Origin: Octopus sinensis
Taxonomy: Eukaryota
Direction: 5' to 3'
DNA length: 64,000 bases
Assembly: GCF_006345805.1 (NCBI RefSeq)
Contig: NW_021833457.1
Coordinates: 1-64,000, forward strand
Under the pieces are notes generated by a model that saw only the letters and a program-made list of their open reading frames with translations, was not told the DNA's origin and searched no databases. Shown here in pieces: positions 24,086-37,499 of this stretch (position 1 is the stretch's first letter; every line of letters starts with the position of its first letter). A program made the position numbers and the translations under genes.

Positions 24086-24410
24086 AGTGGTTAGAGCGTC
24101 GAGCTTACGATCGTGAGGTTGTGAGCTCGAATCCCGGACTGGGCTGCGTGTTGTGTTCTCGAGCAAGGCACTTTATTTCACGTTGCTCCAGTTCACTCAG
24201 CTGTAGAAATGAGTTGCGACGTCACTGGTGCCAAGCTGTATCGACCTTTGTCTTTCCCTGGATAACACTGGTGGCATGGAGAGGGGAGGCTGGTATGCAT
24301 GGGCGACTGCTGGCCTTCCATAAACAACCTTGCCCGGACTTGTATCTAGGAAGGTAACTTTCTAGGTGCAATCCCATGGTCATTCATGACCGAAGGGGGT
24401 CTTTACCCTT

Positions 24411-24411
<1 letters not shown>
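24086..24411 (+). mobile_element. tRNA-derived SINE (family C) inserted in (TA)n
   Basis: AGTGGTTAGAGCG (partial A box), GAGCTCGAATCCC (B box), central GTTGCTCCAGTTCACTCAGCTGTAGAAATGAGT; (TA)n on both sides. Confidence 0.75.
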
Positions 24412-24442
<31 letters not shown>

Positions 24443-24984
24443 TTTGTTTTTTTTGCATAATAATTTTTCCATGCTTTACAAGACAGGTTAGTTTATTTGT
24501 TGAATCAGTTGAATATACTAATCAATGCATCTCTTGTTGCAACCAATCCATTGTGAAATGTTTTTTGTTTAGTCATTCATATTGAAGTAAATGGTTATAG
24601 ACAAACTGGAACTAATGATTTTGCTGAGATCAACAGTGCAGCTTTTTCTTTCATTTTATATGTATAAGACTGCAATCAAATATTTTACTATCTTATTTCA
24701 AGAAACATGTTTTCTACCTTCATAAAATCTACTTTGCACTGGATGCTTTTATAGTCAGTGGAAAGGTAAAATGGTAGAGTGCCAGGTCAAGTGACTTAGT
24801 TTCATCCTTTCACAATCAGTAACTGAAAATGAACAATGGATCCACAAGTTCCTCGTTAGAAAATTACTAACTTATTGTTACTATGTATTTTGGATTTATT
24901 ATTAGATTAGTCACTATTTTGACAACTTTATTTTAAACCACATACCAATGTTAATGTATTTTGCTTATTTTCCTTATTTTACAG

Positions 24985-25332
24985 ATACAAACAATTACTT
25001 ATACATTTATTCAAGAACAGATACTGAAAATTCAGAAGTTTACATACGGTCACCTCAAGCAGATGTGAAGGAAAATTCTAGTGTCACCTTCAAATACTTA
25101 ATGAGAGGACCTATGAAAGAATTTGCACTCTTTACTTATGACTCTTATTCATCGAAGGAATTGTTGTGGTCTTCAAATTTCAATGATATTCCTGAATTCA
25201 TTACTGCTTGTGTGGATTTTCCAAATTCAACAACATTCGGGCTGAATTTTCAGGGTACAGTAAATGCTAATTCATATTGGGACGGATATATATACTTGGA
25301 TGAAATTGAAGTCCATAATGAAACATGTAAAT
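24985..25332 (+). CDS. Internal exon; C-terminal part of MAM domain 2
   Basis: TTTTACAG acceptor, GTAAGA donor at 25333, 348 nt, phase 1/1. (N)TNNYLYIYS...RSP...VTFKYLMRG...LLWS...FITACV...FQG...WDGYIYLDEIEVHNETCK is a divergent MAM body. Confidence 0.88.
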
Positions 25333-25390
25333 GTAAGATTCAAAGTATTTTCATTTTAAATTCAATTTTTTCTTGATTTAATTCAAATTA

Positions 25391-26271
25391 TGAGGTGGTA
25401 TCAAAAAGTTCCTAGATTAGTTCTGTAGTGTACCAACAGATGGCAGCATACAGTTGCATGCACAGTGAGAGCTAGCACTGACCTTCATGATGCAGTGTGT
25501 TGCGTGACATTGCTGTGGTTACATTGCAAGTTGTGAAATTTTTGTTTTTGTGATCATGTCTATGGTTGGAGTCTGCAATTTTTATCATGGACAGAAAGTT
25601 AGAACAAAGAGCCAGGGCAAAAGTTTGCATTAAACTTGGGAAGTCTGCTACAGAGACATTGAGCATGCTTTGGCAAGCTTGCAGTGAATAGGCTGTGGGT
25701 TGTACACAAATGTTTTGAGTGGTTCAGGCACACAACAGACTCACAGCTCATTGAAGAGCATGCGCCTCACTTTTTTTGTCATCTGTAGCATTGTGCATCA
25801 AGAATTCAGCCCCCAGAGCCAGACTACCAATCAAGAGTTCTGCTGTGAGGTTTTGAAGTGTTTGAAGGAGGACATTCAGCAAAAGCAACTGGATCTGTAG
25901 AACATGAAGAATTGTATTCTTCATGACAACAATGCATCCTATCACTTAGCTCTCCACATTCGTGAGTTTCTTGCCCCAAACAACATAGTGTCACTTCTGC
26001 ACCTACCCTAGTCATCAGATTTAGCACCTGTGGATTTCCATATCTTTCCCATGATGAAAGTGCAGTTCAAAAGATTCCATTTCAACACCATTGTCAAGGT
26101 CTTTGACTCACTTGCTGAAAACTGCTTCCAGGCTGGATTCCAAAAGTGACAGGAATGCTGGGATTGGTGTATTGGTGCACAAGGTGACTATTTCAAAGTA
26201 GATGATGTTAAAACTTAAATAAATATGTTATTTAAACATAACTAGTCCAAGAACTTTTTGATATCATCTTG
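25391..26271 (+). mobile_element. Internally deleted mariner transposon with both TIRs and TA target duplication
   Basis: Left TA|TGAGGTGGTATCAAAAAGTTCCTAGATTAGT versus reverse complement of right end CAAGATGATATCAAAAAGTTCTTGGACTAGT, right end followed by TA; relic MDRKLEQRA..KVCIKLGKSATETLSML, HDNNASYH, SDLAPVDF motifs. Confidence 0.85.
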
Positions 26272-28329
26272 TACTTTTTCTGATATTTTTGAATCCATTT
26301 TCCCATGCTTGCATTGTTAGAATTGTTTCTGTTGCAGTAATAATTTTTACAGTTTTGGATTCCCACCTTAGTTTGAAAACAGAGTGGCACCTGTAGACAG
26401 GCAACTGAGACAATTAGGGGCACAACACAATGGCTGAAGTGAAGTTTCAATATGTAACCATACAATCAGTCATCTAATAATTTAACATGATAATTATTGT
26501 CACTTGTAAATCATCCTATATGTATTAAACAATACTGATCTATATAGATTTACAATATGATCTTTGAGCTTTGTATTATCCATAACTTGGCAGAAAGTAA
26601 ATTGATTCAATATTGCAATCACATTACAAATTCATAAATTAAAAGAATATATTTTCAGCATTTGACCTGTTTTGCAGTAGACAATTGAAATATAATTTCA
26701 TACATAAAAATCTATTTAATGTCTTCCGAAATTATTCTCACAAAATCTTTCACTTGGCATATAAAGATATTTAAATTGACACTTATTTTGTCACCTAACT
26801 GTTGTCAGATGATCAAATAATTTACTTGACTTTTCTCAGATCAGAAATTTCTCAAATGTATAAAATTGTAAAATATGCTACTTATACATATTGTGATCAA
26901 ATAGGTTTCATAAAGGTTCTGGATATTTTCACCTTAATTTTGAGATGCCATTTCTCTTCAAAAACACAAATCTTTTCCTTCATACTAGAAATTCTAACAC
27001 TAAAATATCTATCTCCGTATTGGTCAATGTCTGTTTTTTTTCATTAGCTAAATCTAAAGAAAGAAGCTGTACCCATGGCCTTCATATGCCTTTCAAGACC
27101 ATTAAGAATTATACCATTGATGTTCCATACAAGCAGGTCAACACTGTAAAAATATCTGTGGAAGGAGGGAATTCTAAGGCCAACTTTCTGGAGAAGTAGG
27201 CTTGTGTGCAGTGGTTAGTAGAGTTTGGGTAGAGTTGGAGTCAACATGAGTGGTGAGGAGAGATGAGAAAGTTGAAAGTGTTAAAGTGGAAATGACATAA
27301 GACATGCTTACTGTGAGGTGCAGAGGTAGTTGAAGTAACACTAGAAGAGACAGAGATCTTATCTATGTGTGACTATGAAAATCAATTAAGCAGACTTCTG
27401 TCACGTGGTTGCTTAGTCATCGTTGTTATGGTGGTTTCTTGAAAACCATCATCTTGAGGTCTAACTAGCTGTGTGTGCAAAGAAATGGAGCAACTCACAA
27501 ACTTTTAACTTTTAACATATTTATTGCTGGACATAATTTATTGCTTTGGCTGATTACAAAAGAAAGATGCTTATAATATAACCGCCAACTTGGAAGAGAG
27601 TAGCATACTGTGTCTGTAAAAGGCTAGCTGTGGTACATCGGATATAAGTGTTCAAAATCGTTTCTTGCTTGAGGTGGTATGCCTTCTGTGAGTACCAAAG
27701 GTGTTCTGGATAAATGCCCATGGCTGTTTGGCCAAGTTGGCTGCCAAACAGTTCTTTACAGGGTGAAAAAGGGACAGATTTTATATCATCTGAAGAACTT
27801 TATCACACCACAGCTTCATGATGACTGGTCAATTTATTGACTAATTGAGTGACATTGTGGTGGCTTACTCATGATCCCTAACTGAATATGTTACAGCTGG
27901 GGTTCAAATCCCTATGCTTTCTTAGGATGCAGTCATTACTGTTCTGTGAATGGACTTGGTTAATTGAAAGTTAAGTGCTTTGGCTATGAATAACTGACAA
28001 CATATGGCCACTAATTCTTGAACTTTATGACTGTTTTTCAGCACTCTGCTTTCTGTTCACTAATATAACATGCAAATTTGGCATAAACAAATTGCAGCTT
28101 GCATAAACAACCAAGAAGCAGAATATTAAATAACAATACAATTCCATGTTAAGTAATTTCATAATAATTATTTTACATCCCTTACTCAGAAAAATTAATT
28201 ATTGAACCTAGTATGATTTTTTGACAAATGAGAATTCCATTTGTCTGATTAATAAAGCTTCCTCCTCATTGTCTTTTAGAGTAAATTGTTGGACATTCCT
28301 TAAACTCTCATACCTTTAGCACAGTCCTC

Positions 28330-31300
28330 CAACAAACTCTGTATAACATTATCTTATAAGACTGCATCCTAGGATTAGTACAGGGATCCATTAGAAAGCC
28401 TTCCACATGTGCTTGAATGGAGACATATTGATGTATGCTGCATGCAAGAGGTAAGGTGAAGAGGGGCTTCAGCCAGAGTCCTCACAAGCAAAGCAGATAG
28501 ATATAAACTCTTCTGGGAAGGTAATAGTAATGGAATAGGGGTGTGGGCATACTTCTTGCAGAGAAATGGGTAGATAAGGTCATAGAGGTAGTGAGGGTGT
28601 GCGATAGAGTACTTAAACCCAGGCTAGTTTTGCAGAATGGTATATCTACAATTATCTCTGCCTATGCCCTATAATCGGGCCTACCAAATGAACAGAAAGA
28701 TCACTTTTATGATATTTTTCTGCAGGCTACCTCAAAGACAAGTGACAATGATCTCATCTTTGTGGCTGGAGATTTTAATGGGCATGTCAGACAGCAAACT
28801 GTTATCTTCCATGGTGTACATGGGGCCACGGAGTTAGTACCAGAAATGAAGAGGGAACTAGACTCCTAGAGTTCTGTGATGCAAATAACCTATTGATCTG
28901 CAACACCAACTTCAGGAAGCCAGCTAGCCACCTGATAATCTTTCAATCAGGTGACTCTGCTAGCCAGATTGATTTAATTCTTACCAGAGAGTGGGATGCA
29001 TAGTTGCTCTTAAATACAAAGACCCTCCCTGGTGAAGAATGTGCCCCCCAGCATAGACCAGTTATTAGTGACTTTAGACTTGGGGCCTGAAGGATGCCAA
29101 AAAGCAGATCAATCTGGAAAAGAAGGATTGCAAGCTTAAGAACCCTTCATGTGGTCAGAGATTTAGGGATATCCTTATTGAGAAATTTAATGATAAGGAG
29201 GAGGAGCTACAGTCCTGACATAGAAGGCAGCTGGGAATTCCTGCGAGACAGCTTGCTGAGTGCTACAGACCAAATCTGTGGTTGGTGCAAAGTCCCTTCC
29301 AGGCAGAGGGTAACATGGTGGTAGAGCAATACTGTAGACAGGGCCTATACTGTAAAGAAACAGGCTTGGAAAGCCTGGAAGAGTTGGGGTAGCAGGAGAA
29401 TGTATCAGATAGGCAAAAGAGAAGCTAGAAGACAGGTATATATAGCCAAGGGAGTAGCAGAAAAGAAGAAGTTTGCCAATGTTCAGCGACATGAGAACCA
29501 GAGAACTCAAGTATTTCGGATTGCAAGACAGTATGTGAGAGAAAACCATGATGTAATGGAGAGAAATGTGTCTGCATGGATGATGGTACCCTTGCATTTA
29601 ATGATTCTGCAAAGAAAGAGGCTTGGAGATGCCATTATGAAACACTGCTGAATGTGGAGAATGGGGGGAGGAGAGTCTGCCAAAGGTTGACCCAATTGAG
29701 AGACCAGCTACCCAAATCAACTGTACCCTGGCAGATAAAGCAATTAAGGATATGAAGACAGGAAAAGCACCTCACCCATCAGAAATCACCGCAAGATGCT
29801 TAAAATATCTGGCGGTGTGGGCTATGGTATTGTCACCCACATCATAAATCAGGTGGTTAATGAAGGAGTCATACCCAATGACTGGTGTAGCAGCACCATA
29901 ATCAACTGCTGCAAGAAGAAAAGTGATGCTTTAGATAGAAATAACTACAGGTGTATTGAATTATTGATTCATGTGATGAAAGTTACAGAGAGGGTCACAG
30001 CCCAACTAATTAGGGAGAGAGTTTGCCTAGATGAGATGCAGTTTGGTTTTGTGCCAGCCAGAAGCACCACTGATGATATATTTCTGTTAAGGCAACTTCA
30101 GGAGAAATATCTAGCCAAAGATAAACCTATGTAATTGGCTTTTGTTGACTCAGAGAAAGCCTTCAACACGGTCCCCCAATCTGTTATCTGATGGTCAACT
30201 TGGAAACTGGGGGTAGACAAGTGATTGGTAAGAGCTGTACAAGCCCTGTACAGGAATGCTGTAAGGTGAGGGTTGGCAATGAGTATAGTGAAAACTTCCG
30301 AGTAGAAGTATGGATCCATCAAGGATCAATCTTCAACACCCCTCTTATTCATTATAGTCCTCCAATTCAAGATTGGATGCCCCTGGGAGCTACTCTATGC
30401 TGAAGACCTTGCTCTAATAACTAAGTCACTGCCAGAACTAGAGACAAAGTCCGGCAAGGTCTAGAATTGAAGTGCCTTAGGGTTCACCTAGCAAAAACCA
30501 AAGTCTTAGTAAGTAGGAAGGCTGTCAAATCACAAACCCCTTCAGGTAGATGGCCCTGCTCAATCTGTAGAAAAGGCATGGGTAGAAACTCCATGCGATG
30601 TACCCAGTATAAGCTAAGGACACATAAAAGGTGCAGCAATATCAATGGAAGGTTAACCGGGAAGATAGTTTTTGTGTGTGGCAGGTGCACAGGGGCAATA
30701 AACACTGAAGATATACAGAAAATAGATTCCGTCACATGCCAGGGGAAGAAACTAGAAGTAGTTAATAGCTTCCGCTACCTAGGCAACCAAGTCAGTAGTG
30801 GGGGTGGTTGCTCTGAGAGTGTAGTGGCTAGAATAAGAATAGCCTGGGCAAAGTTCAGGGAACTCCTACTTCTGCTGTCAACTAAGGGCCTCTTGCTCAG
30901 GATAAAAGGTAGACTGTATGATGCATGTGTGTCAACTACCATGCTACACAGCAGTGAAACACGAGCCATGACTGTTGAGGATATGCATAGGCTTGAAAGA
31001 AATGAAGCTAGTATGATCCGCTGGATGTGTAATGTCAGTGTGCATACATGACAGAGTGTAAGCGCCTTGAGAGAAAAGTTGGGCATAAAAAGCATCAAAT
31101 GTAGTGTACAAGAGAGACAACTGTGCTGGTATGGTCATGTATTATGTATGGATGAGGACAGTTGTGTGAGGAAGCGTAACTCACTAACTGTTGAAGGAAC
31201 CTATGGAAGTGTTAGACCCAGGCAGACATAGGATGAGATGGTGAAGCATGGCCTTCAAACATTGGGCCTCATAGAGGTAATGACAGGAAACCGAGACCTT

Positions 31301-31908
31301 TGGAGATATGCTGTGATTGAGAAGACCCGGCAACTAAAGTGAGATCGCAGCTATGCATGTCTGGCCCAGTTAAGAGTATTCCTAATGTATCGGGTGATAT
31401 GATATGCTTGAGAAGACTGTTGAGTCAAGTGAAACCAATACCATAGCTGTGGCCAGTGCTCCCTGACTGGCACGTAAAAAGCTTCATCTGAATGTGGCCA
31501 ATGCCAGTATTCCTTGACTGGCTCCTTTGCCAGTGGCACATAAAAAGCACCATCCAAATGTGGCTGATGCCAGTACTCCCTGACTGGCTCCTGTGCCGGT
31601 GGCACGTAAAAAGCACTATCTAAACATGGCCAATACCAGTACCCTCTGACTGGCCTCCATGCTGGTGGCACATAAAAAGCACTATCCAAATGTGATCGAT
31701 GCTAGGCTCACCTGACTGGCTCTTGTGCCAGTGGCATGTAAAAAGCACCCACTATAATCTTGGAGTGGCTGGCATCAGGAAGGGCATCCAGCTGTAGAAA
31801 TATTGTTCGATCAGATAGGAGCCTGGTGCAGCCGCTGGCTCTCCCGACCTCAGTCAAATCGTCCAACCCATGTGAGCATGGAAAACAGATGTTAAACGAT
31901 GATGATGA
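28330..31908 (+). mobile_element. Near full-length degenerate RTE-clade LINE (APE endonuclease, RT, repeat-containing 3' UTR, (GAT)n tail)
   Basis: APE relics (IDVCCMQEV, GDFNGHV, NLLICNTNF, QIDLIL), RT (NNYRCIEL, MQFGFVPARSTTDDIFLLRQLQEKYLAK, LYAEDL), C-rich insert WPCSICRKG, tail GATGATGATGAT at ~31897-31908; many stops and frameshifts. Confidence 0.88.
31448..31750 (+). repeat. ~66-bp tandem minisatellite in LINE 3' UTR
   Basis: Units start at 31493, 31559, 31625 and 31691, plus a shorter unit at 31448; each ends in GGCA(C/T)(A/G)TAAAAAGC. Confidence 0.85.
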
Positions 31909-32282
31909 TCATATTTTTCTATCTACCCAGTTCATTCAGAATGGTTGAATTAATCCAAGGATTTGAAGCAGAAACTTTCTCTACATGCCAAGAAAGTAGA
32001 ATAGAATCTAAAATCTTTTGTTAGAGAAGTGAACTACTTAGCCATTCAGCTATGCACTCTCATACTTAAACATATATCAATTTTGTCCAAACCAAGAGTC
32101 CATAGTTTCAATTTTATCATCAGATCATTGAATTTTCAAATATTCTACTAAAAGAGTTTTTAGGAATATATTTATACTAATAGTAAGTAATCCTAGTTAA
32201 TCTTTTATATCACCTACCAAACTTCTAAAAATATTTAGAATGGTTGAAACTTACAGAAATTAAAAAGAAAATTTATATAGTA

Positions 32283-32652
32283 CTAGCAGTATCGCCCTGC
32301 ATTGCTCAGGTTTGTTTCGACCCTTTAGAATTGGAATTTTTGAAAAGTAAAAATTTTGCATTTTGTAGCTTGTTATTCTCTTTAAGTGAACATTCTTCTG
32401 GTTGAAATACACCAAAAATGGCGACACAGCAGTCAAAAAATTGTAAAAAAAATAGGGATTTGCAAAGAAAAAAGCATCTTTTTGATGTAAATAATTTGGA
32501 ATTTTTTCTTCTATGGAATGAAGAGCAAGCCTTTTTCTATCATACTCCCAATTTTGGTCAACTTGCACCGCAGGGTCTCGGAGGAGATGGTTTTAGTTGA
32601 AGGCTACCAAACCTGCCATACACCGACAACTTCAGCTTTATATATATAAAGA
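32283..32652 (-). mobile_element. Non-autonomous Helitron-like element
   Basis: Minus strand 5' TC..TATATATATAAAGCTGAAGTTG; 3' hairpin CCTG-AGCAATG-CAGG then CGATACTG-CTAG followed by T. Same termini as 7266-8483. Confidence 0.6.
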
Positions 32653-32659
32653 GCACTTC

Positions 32660-33750
32660 CCATTCGATTTTTGTGGCAATTCAGTCTGCAAAATAATTCT
32701 CTTATTTTGAGCTATTTTTGACACCATTTTCAACTGAGAACTCCTTAAAATGGCACACCCAAAACTGCTAGAATTTGCATTTTTCAAGCTAGAGAATTCA
32801 AACTTGCTCCAATCGATTCAGGAAATTTTTCTACGTATATGCTCATATCTTGTTTTTCAAAAAACACAAAAATTGAACGTGTTTTTGCCCCATTTTTCTG
32901 TTGCATTCATGCAAACACGTGCACAGTCACGCATAGAATCCAACAACTCAAGGCAATAGTGTATGACATCCACTCACTCGCAGAAAATGCATTGTTTTGG
33001 GCCTTTGTTATCTAGATAGAGACTTGAAACCTACTCTGGCCTTAACTACACCACGCCTTCTATAGGTGTGTAAATTTTCAGCTCAATCCTAACACGTCTA
33101 GTGCCATTGAATCCTTACCAAAGCCAAAGTATGCAAGTTTTTTTCCTCTTTATATAGGTAGATAGACAAGAGTAGAGACCACTCAGTGGATCCCTTATAT
33201 GCTAAAAATAATATTAATTTCTACTCTTACTATCTTTTATCATTCTTTGCTACCTTTTATACTATCAAGTTTGATGTATTTATTCTTAAGATTATTAATT
33301 GCTTTTTTAACTCCTTTTTTTATTTCTTTATGTTCGATTGAATTAACAGCTACTCTCGCGCTCGTATGCATGCACACACACACACACACACACATGCACA
33401 CACTCATGCACGCACACACGCACACATGCACACACACATTATTTCGCAACAGATAAGTAATCTTGATATTTATGCACAGTCGTTACTTGTAAATGTAATC
33501 ATTGAAACTACTGAGTTGTTCCCCTTAAAACATATCTATTTCTGAATGCTGAAATATTTTTAAAAATCAATATTTTTGCCATAGCAACCACATCTTTATA
33601 GCTTGCAAATTTTAACCATCGCGGGTCGCATCCTCACCACGCATTTAGTATCCTTGCCAATTTTCAGCTCAATCTTAGCATATCTAGTGTCATTGAATCC
33701 TTAACAAAGTCAAAGTGTGCAAGTTTTTTTCCTCTTTATATAGGTAGATA
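32660..33750 (-). mobile_element. Two further related elements in tandem (Helitron-like 5' ends)
   Basis: ~90-bp block TTTTCAGCTCAATC...GCAAGTTTTTTTCCTCTTTATATAGGTAGATA occurs at ~33075-33165 and ~33661-33750; its reverse complement begins TCTACCTATATAAA and shares GAGCTGAAAATT with 8484-9240. Confidence 0.4.
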
Positions 33751-34360
33751 ATACGGGAGTTATTATTTTTGATAATATGAATGCATAGTTTTAAACAAAG
33801 AAGAATAATGATAAGTACCACGATGTTGAAGAATAAAAAGTCTATTCAATATTTTGTCTTTAATAAGTTCTAAACATGAAATAAAATCTTTAAAATGAAA
33901 TGTTAATTGTACACAATATCAGAACTATCATGGAAAGTTCCATAAACATAGAGTATAATAAAAAGATGAGCAGGGAATGACATTGATATTAACCTATAAA
34001 TTCTTGAGACAGTTTTTCAACTAATTTTTCAGTTGTCTTATGCTTTGTATGCTTGATTCTTTTTTAATATGCAAATTTATGTTATTTTTATCAACGGTCA
34101 TATCAGAGAATGTAATGTGATTTAAAGTCTTCAAGGGAAATGTAATACCATTAATTTAACATTTTTCATTTCCCAATTTGAACTTATCAGACTTAAAATA
34201 TTGAATAAATTTACTATTCTTGTTGCACATTCTTATACTTTCATTGTTCAAAGCTTATATTTCAAATAAATTATTTGATGATTTAAATTAACTATATGAT
34301 TTTCCATTTTATTTTGTCTTCTATAAATTCACTAATTTTATTGATCATGTGTTTCAACAG

Positions 34361-34513
34361 TGGGTCTTACATACCATTTTTGCAAATTCAAAGAAGTACA
34401 TCTGTGCAATTTCCAAGTTAAATGTCCAGAGAATACCAGATATAACTGGAGCCAAGGATCTTCTTCAGATTACCGAGAGATTCCATATCTTCATCGCTAC
34501 TCAAATGACAGAC
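34361..34513 (+). CDS. Internal exon; N-terminal part of MAM domain 3
   Basis: TTTCAACAG acceptor, GTAAGT donor at 34514, 153 nt, phase 1/1. (L)GLTYHFCKFKEVHLCNFQVKCPENTRYNWSQGSSSDYREIPYLHRYSNDR has a C-x-F-x5-C...W motif. Confidence 0.82.
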
Positions 34514-34747
34514 GTAAGTCAGATATTATAATGCATTATCATATATTCTGTAAACCGTTATCAAATAGTTATTATTAAGGTTAAGATACCTTCAGTAAAA
34601 TTTCCTCTTTAAAAAATCCATTATATTTTGACATTTTACTAAATTTGAGATATTTATAGTGCTTCTCCTACTCCTCCAACTGCTGCTGAAGCTACTACTA
34701 CTACTTACAGTTGCTACCACAGCAGTAGTAGTAGTAGTGAATGCATT

Positions 34748-35012
34748 CAGGACACATGGCCTAGTGGTTAGGGTGTTGCATTCATGATCATGAGATCATA
34801 GTTTCAGTTCCTAGACTGGATGGTGCATTGTATTCTTGAACAAAACACTTCATCTCACGTTGCTCTGTGAACACTTCGACACCAGACATGTTGTACACCA
34901 CGCATCTGTTCAGCAAATGTCGATTGAATGGAGGGAGGGAGCTTATGTACAGCACAAGCATTTGATTACTATAAACAATTCACTTGTGCAGGACATTCAG
35001 CAAAAACTGAAC
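34748..35012 (+). mobile_element. Diverged tRNA-derived SINE
   Basis: TGGCCTAGTGGTTAGGGTG A box, GTTTCAGTTCC degenerate B box, TTGAACAAAACACTTCATCTCACGTTGCTCTG similar to family C. Confidence 0.55.
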
Positions 35013-35212
35013 ACATATACATCATCTTCCACAGGAGAGTCCATCATACGTTAACATTCACAATCAAAATAAGAGAAGGAAGAGGAGGAAATAATGCTGT
35101 CATTTGTTCTTATAGTGTTCCTTATCAACTACTTTTTTGGCAATAAAAGAAACTAGTAATGAACATGTCATTGTTTTGTCCTTTAATTCCCATTTTCTTG
35201 CTTTTCTTTCAG

Positions 35213-35349
35213 ACTATTACATGTATGTTGATTCTATAAATGGCAAACCTGAAGACGTGACACATCTTTCTTTTCCAAATGTTGAACCCCCAGCAGGCCA
35301 TAGTTTATTCTTTGATTATTATCTCCAGCAAGGAGCTGGCAAACTTCAG
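35213..35349 (+). CDS. Internal exon; middle of MAM domain 3
   Basis: Long pyrimidine tract + CAG acceptor (35210-35212), donor GTATTC at 35350, phase 1/0. (H)YYMYVDSINGKPEDVTHLSFPNVEPPAGHSLFFDYYLQQGAGKLQ has MAM YMYVD-S and L-x-F-x-Y motifs. Confidence 0.85.
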
Positions 35350-35353
35350 GTAT

Positions 35354-35766
35354 TCTCTTTCTCTTTCTCTTTTACTTGTTTCAGTCATTTGACTGTGGCC
35401 ATGCTGGAGCACTGCCTTTAGTCGAGCAAATCGACCCTGGGACTTATTCTTTGTAAGCTCAGTACTTATTCTATCGGTCTCTTTTGCCGAACCGTTAAGT
35501 GACGGGGACGTAAACACACCAGCATTGGTTGTCAAGCAATGCTAGGGGGACAAACACAGACACAAACATACACACAAATACATATATATATACATATATA
35601 CGACAGGCTTCTTTCAGTTTCCGTCTACCAAATCCACTCACAAGGCATTGGTCGGCCCGGGGCTATAGAAGAAGACACTTGCCCAAGATGCCACGCAGTG
35701 GGACTGAACCCGGAACCATGTGGTTGGTTAGCAAGCTACTTACCACACAGCCACTCCTGTGCCTAT
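35354..35766 (-). mobile_element. tRNA-derived SINE (family A), antisense, immediately after a splice donor
   Basis: Reverse complement of family A; tail (TCTTT/TCTCTT)n starts 4-5 nt after the GT at 35350. Confidence 0.88.
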
Positions 35767-37499
35767 GGTCAAATAGTTTTTCTCTTCAAATGATAAGCAT
35801 ATTCACAGAGAAATATTTTTATGAAAACAAATGGATGATTGATAATGCACAACAATCAGTTATAAAATCAACGGTACTTTTACAATGACTAGCAATGTCT
35901 TATGTCTATGATAGAAATAATCAATCTTGATGATAGGGAGTTTCAAGAATTTTAGGGCTCTCATTAATGAAACACTGGAGTATTTTTCTCTATGCAATGG
36001 ATCTTTGGAATGTATCTTAGTTTCATGCAATATAACTTAGTTTCACTAATTCTTAATTAAAACTACAGTTTAAATTCAATATAAATAATAATGACTTTGG
36101 TCTGAATCTAATTACCAAATTATTTTCCCAGTGTTTTCTAAGGCACCACAAAGGAACTTAAATCCAGTATTTCAAACTATCAGAACACTTATCAATTTTA
36201 CAATGCTCCAGCTACTGACAGACATAAACTTTATTTTCTTGACTTATCCTTTACAAGAATTAAATGCTTTTGTCACATGTCACAAACATAAATGAGTATT
36301 CCAATGAGGATATGAACTGTGTACTAGAATATGTTGAACAATCTGTATATAAGAGATATGATATAACACCATAGAACTTATAAATTTATTAAATCAGTAT
36401 AGGAATGTATTTCTAGCCTTTTTCTGAATCAATTTTGGGGACTGGGATGTATTATTAATGTAATATTCTTTTTGATTTATTGCCAAATCTACAGAGAACC
36501 TTCAAAGTAAACATAGCAAAGATTAAGGTGACAGCAAGTAGAAAATAAGAAAGGGCCAAATCAAATGTCAGTGAATTGGCCATGCTCAGTATACAGAAAT
36601 GAAGGGGGTAATAATTCTATATGGCGTACCTTGTGTAAACTATGGACACACAAACTATATAGTGAGATATCAAGTACGCTCACAGAGAAAGTAGACTTCA
36701 TAAGTCCACAGAGACACAAAAACTAGATTTTCTTAAATACCTTGAAAGCTCTCTAGCAGTAATAGGTAACTTCTGTTAATCTAGGTGACCTAATTAGCTG
36801 CAAAGGTCGGTGACCTGAAAATGTAATTGAACAAGTTGGAGAAAGTTTAGGGAACAATTATTTCTGCTGGTAAAAAACAAAAGTGGGTGATGAAGGACAA
36901 TGCAGTCTTTTACATGCTTCAAAATACCAGGCAACTTTACTACTGTTAATGCCATGATGAAATGCATACTGAACACACTGTGATGTAGTTGATGAATGAC
37001 TAATAAGTAGAGGCAACATAGGAACAAGAAGTCCCTTTAGTGTTGTTATTTTGAGAAGTTTGTGACCTCTTCAGTGCCAGTGCCATGATAAAATGCATTC
37101 AGAACACTCTGTAAAGTATTTGGTGTTATGAAGAGCATCCAATGGCAGAAAGTATTTGAAAACATCCAAGGACATTGTAGTACCTTCTAAGAAGTCAAGC
37201 CATGATGGCCCATCCAAACCATTTCAGCATTAAAATGGATAAAAAAAGATGAAAATGATACTGATGTGTGTGTGTGTGTGTGGTGTGTGTGTGTGTGTGT
37301 GTGTGTAAATACACACGCACGCACATATCAACATCACCATTATCATCATTGCTTAGTGTCCATATTCTATTATACTGCCAAGAGTTGAATGATTTGATAG
37401 GATCTGACAGGTCAAAGGACTTGTCCAGCTCCAGTGTCTGTTTTGGCAGTATTTCTATGGCTGAATGCTCTTTCTAATGCCAACCACAGTGCAGAGTAT

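Noticed and set aside
31448-31750. CRISPR-like array
   Set aside because: Units are wholly repeated with no unique spacers, lie in a LINE 3' UTR, and the DNA is eukaryotic with no cas genes.
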